A program made the translations under genes and the position numbers. The notes under the pieces were generated by a model, which had not been told where the DNA came from, did no database searches, and was given only the letters and a program-made list of their open reading frames with translations. This document shows positions 63,068 to 64,000 of a stretch of 64,000 nt of DNA, in pieces. The stretch spans positions 23,108-87,107 of the forward strand of contig CAJOEP010000002.1 of assembly GCA_905233445.1 (NCBI GenBank), read 5' to 3'. The first letter of the stretch is position 1; the number at the start of each line of letters is the position of its first letter. Origin of the DNA: an uncultured Bacteroidales bacterium (GTDB lineage: Bacteria; Bacteroidota; Bacteroidia; Bacteroidales; F082).

Positions 63068-64000
63068 ATGAAACGAGTAACAGCATTCTTCACATTTATC
63101 TTATTAAGCATCAATATATTGATGGCGCAGCACTCAATCTCAGGCACCCTGGTCGACGGAAACACCAACGAAAGTCTGGCATTTGTCAATGTTGGACTCA
63201 TCAGAGCCGCCGACACGGTTTATATCAGCGGGACGGCATCCAACGAAAAAGGGTTCTTCAAGATTGAAAACATCAGGAATGGCGAGTATATTCTGCAGAT
63301 TACAGCCATTGGATATGAGAATTACAAAAACGTTTTGAATATCACGGAAGATGTCGATTTAGGTATCATCAAGATGAACGAAGGCGCTGTTCGCCTTGAC
63401 GAGGTGGTCATCATCGAGAAGAAGCCGCTGTTTGCCAACGAGGGCGAGAAAACTCTCTACAACGTTAGCGAGGACCCGTCGATTCAGACAGGAACGGCAT
63501 CCGACGCCTTGCAGAACGCTCCAGGCGTGGAAGTCGACGTGGAAGGAAACATCACGCTCCGCGGTGTATCGTCAGTGGAAATTTGGATCAACGGAAAGCC
63601 ATCGCATCTCAACGAAGAGAACCTTAAGACATATATTCAGCAGTTGCCGGCGAACGCGATTAAAACCATTGAAGTTATCACCAACCCGAGCGCACGTTAC
63701 GCCTCGAAGAGCGACGGCGGCATCATCAACATCGTGACAAACGGAAAGGTGCAGAAAAACCAGTTTGTGAGCTTCGGCTTCAACGCGTCCACACGTCCCG
63801 ACGTATCGCCTTGGGTTTCATACGTTTACGCTAACGACAAGATTTCTTTTAACCTTTATCTCAACGGACGTTATTCAAACAACATCAACGACAACAACGG
63901 CTACAGCTATTCGTTCAAGGACAACGCCGACCACACTGCGCTCGACACCACCACCACGACGCGTTACGACGGTAGAAGCAAAAGCAACAGCTACGGCTTC
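63068..64000 (+). CDS. Outer-membrane beta-barrel/TonB-dependent-receptor-like protein (partial, runs off right edge)
   Basis: MKRVTAFFTFILLSINILMAQ signal, a CarboxypepD_reg-like ISGTLVDGNTNESLAFVNVGL, and plug-like NITLRGVSSVEIWINGKP. Not in the ORF track because there is no stop. Confidence 0.8.
   Translation, partial: MKRVTAFFTFILLSINILMAQHSISGTLVDGNTNESLAFVNVGLIRAADTVYISGTASNEKGFFKIENIRNGEYILQITAIGYENYKNVLNITEDVDLGIIKMNEGAVRLDEVVIIEKKPLFANEGEKTLYNVSEDPSIQTGTASDALQNAPGVEVDVEGNITLRGVSSVEIWINGKPSHLNEENLKTYIQQLPANAIKTIEVITNPSARYASKSDGGIINIVTNGKVQKNQFVSFGFNASTRPDVSPWVSYVYANDKISFNLYLNGRYSNNINDNNGYSYSFKDNADHTALDTTTTTRYDGRSKSNSYGF

Overview
A 64-kb chromosomal window from a Bacteroidales-type (Bacteroidota) genome. 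The taxon guess rests on TAnnTTTG -7 promoter boxes (often tatctttgca) just upstream of many genes, lipoprotein and T9SS C-terminal sorting signals, and the frd + nqr + mmd energy modules.

Gene content, left to right:
- frdA (partial) and frdC.
- nqrABCDEF on the minus strand, interrupted between nqrD and nqrE by an AT-rich four-helix-bundle (23S-IVS/Avd-like) gene.
- Two hypothetical envelope proteins.
- A decayed hipBA module.
- A 7-gene plus-strand operon: tandem-FGE lipoprotein, two APH-like kinases, secreted Tyr phosphatase, HD protein lacking the HD motif, GpmI with a lipoprotein signal, and a small unknown protein.
- Converging on it, a 6-gene minus-strand operon: cytidylate-kinase-like, RelA/SpoT alarmone synthetase, HD hydrolase, APH-like kinase, Cache-PP2C-RsbW fusion sensor, STAS protein.
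- A PAP2 phosphatase.
- A roughly 13-kb accessory stretch ending at tRNA-Leu(CAA): DUF234 ATPase, C5-MTase with two convergent candidate restriction genes, an unknown SIMPL/WG-repeat operon, an LRR protein, a WYL regulator, ADP-ribosylglycohydrolase and Fic.
- Housekeeping genes: prs, rplY, pth, cobB, a Pif1/RecD-like helicase, hicB with a decayed hicA, and hemW.
- A peptidase cluster (S46, M1, DPP3-like).
- The methylmalonyl-CoA decarboxylase operon, udk, an ECF sigma/anti-sigma pair, and a partial outer-membrane receptor.

The most unusual features:
1. The same 7-nt tandem repeat sits in-frame inside nqrA, nqrB and nqrF.
2. The IVS-like cassette inside the nqr operon is bracketed by inverted GAGAC arrays.
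3. The alarmone/partner-switching operon has a mirrored, partly degenerate paralogous operon.
4. Several short-word repeat and hairpin families also form the ends or interiors of coding sequences.
5. A structured, terminator-ended leader or sRNA candidate lies upstream of the restriction gene.

All function calls are motif-level readings of the translations. No database search was run.
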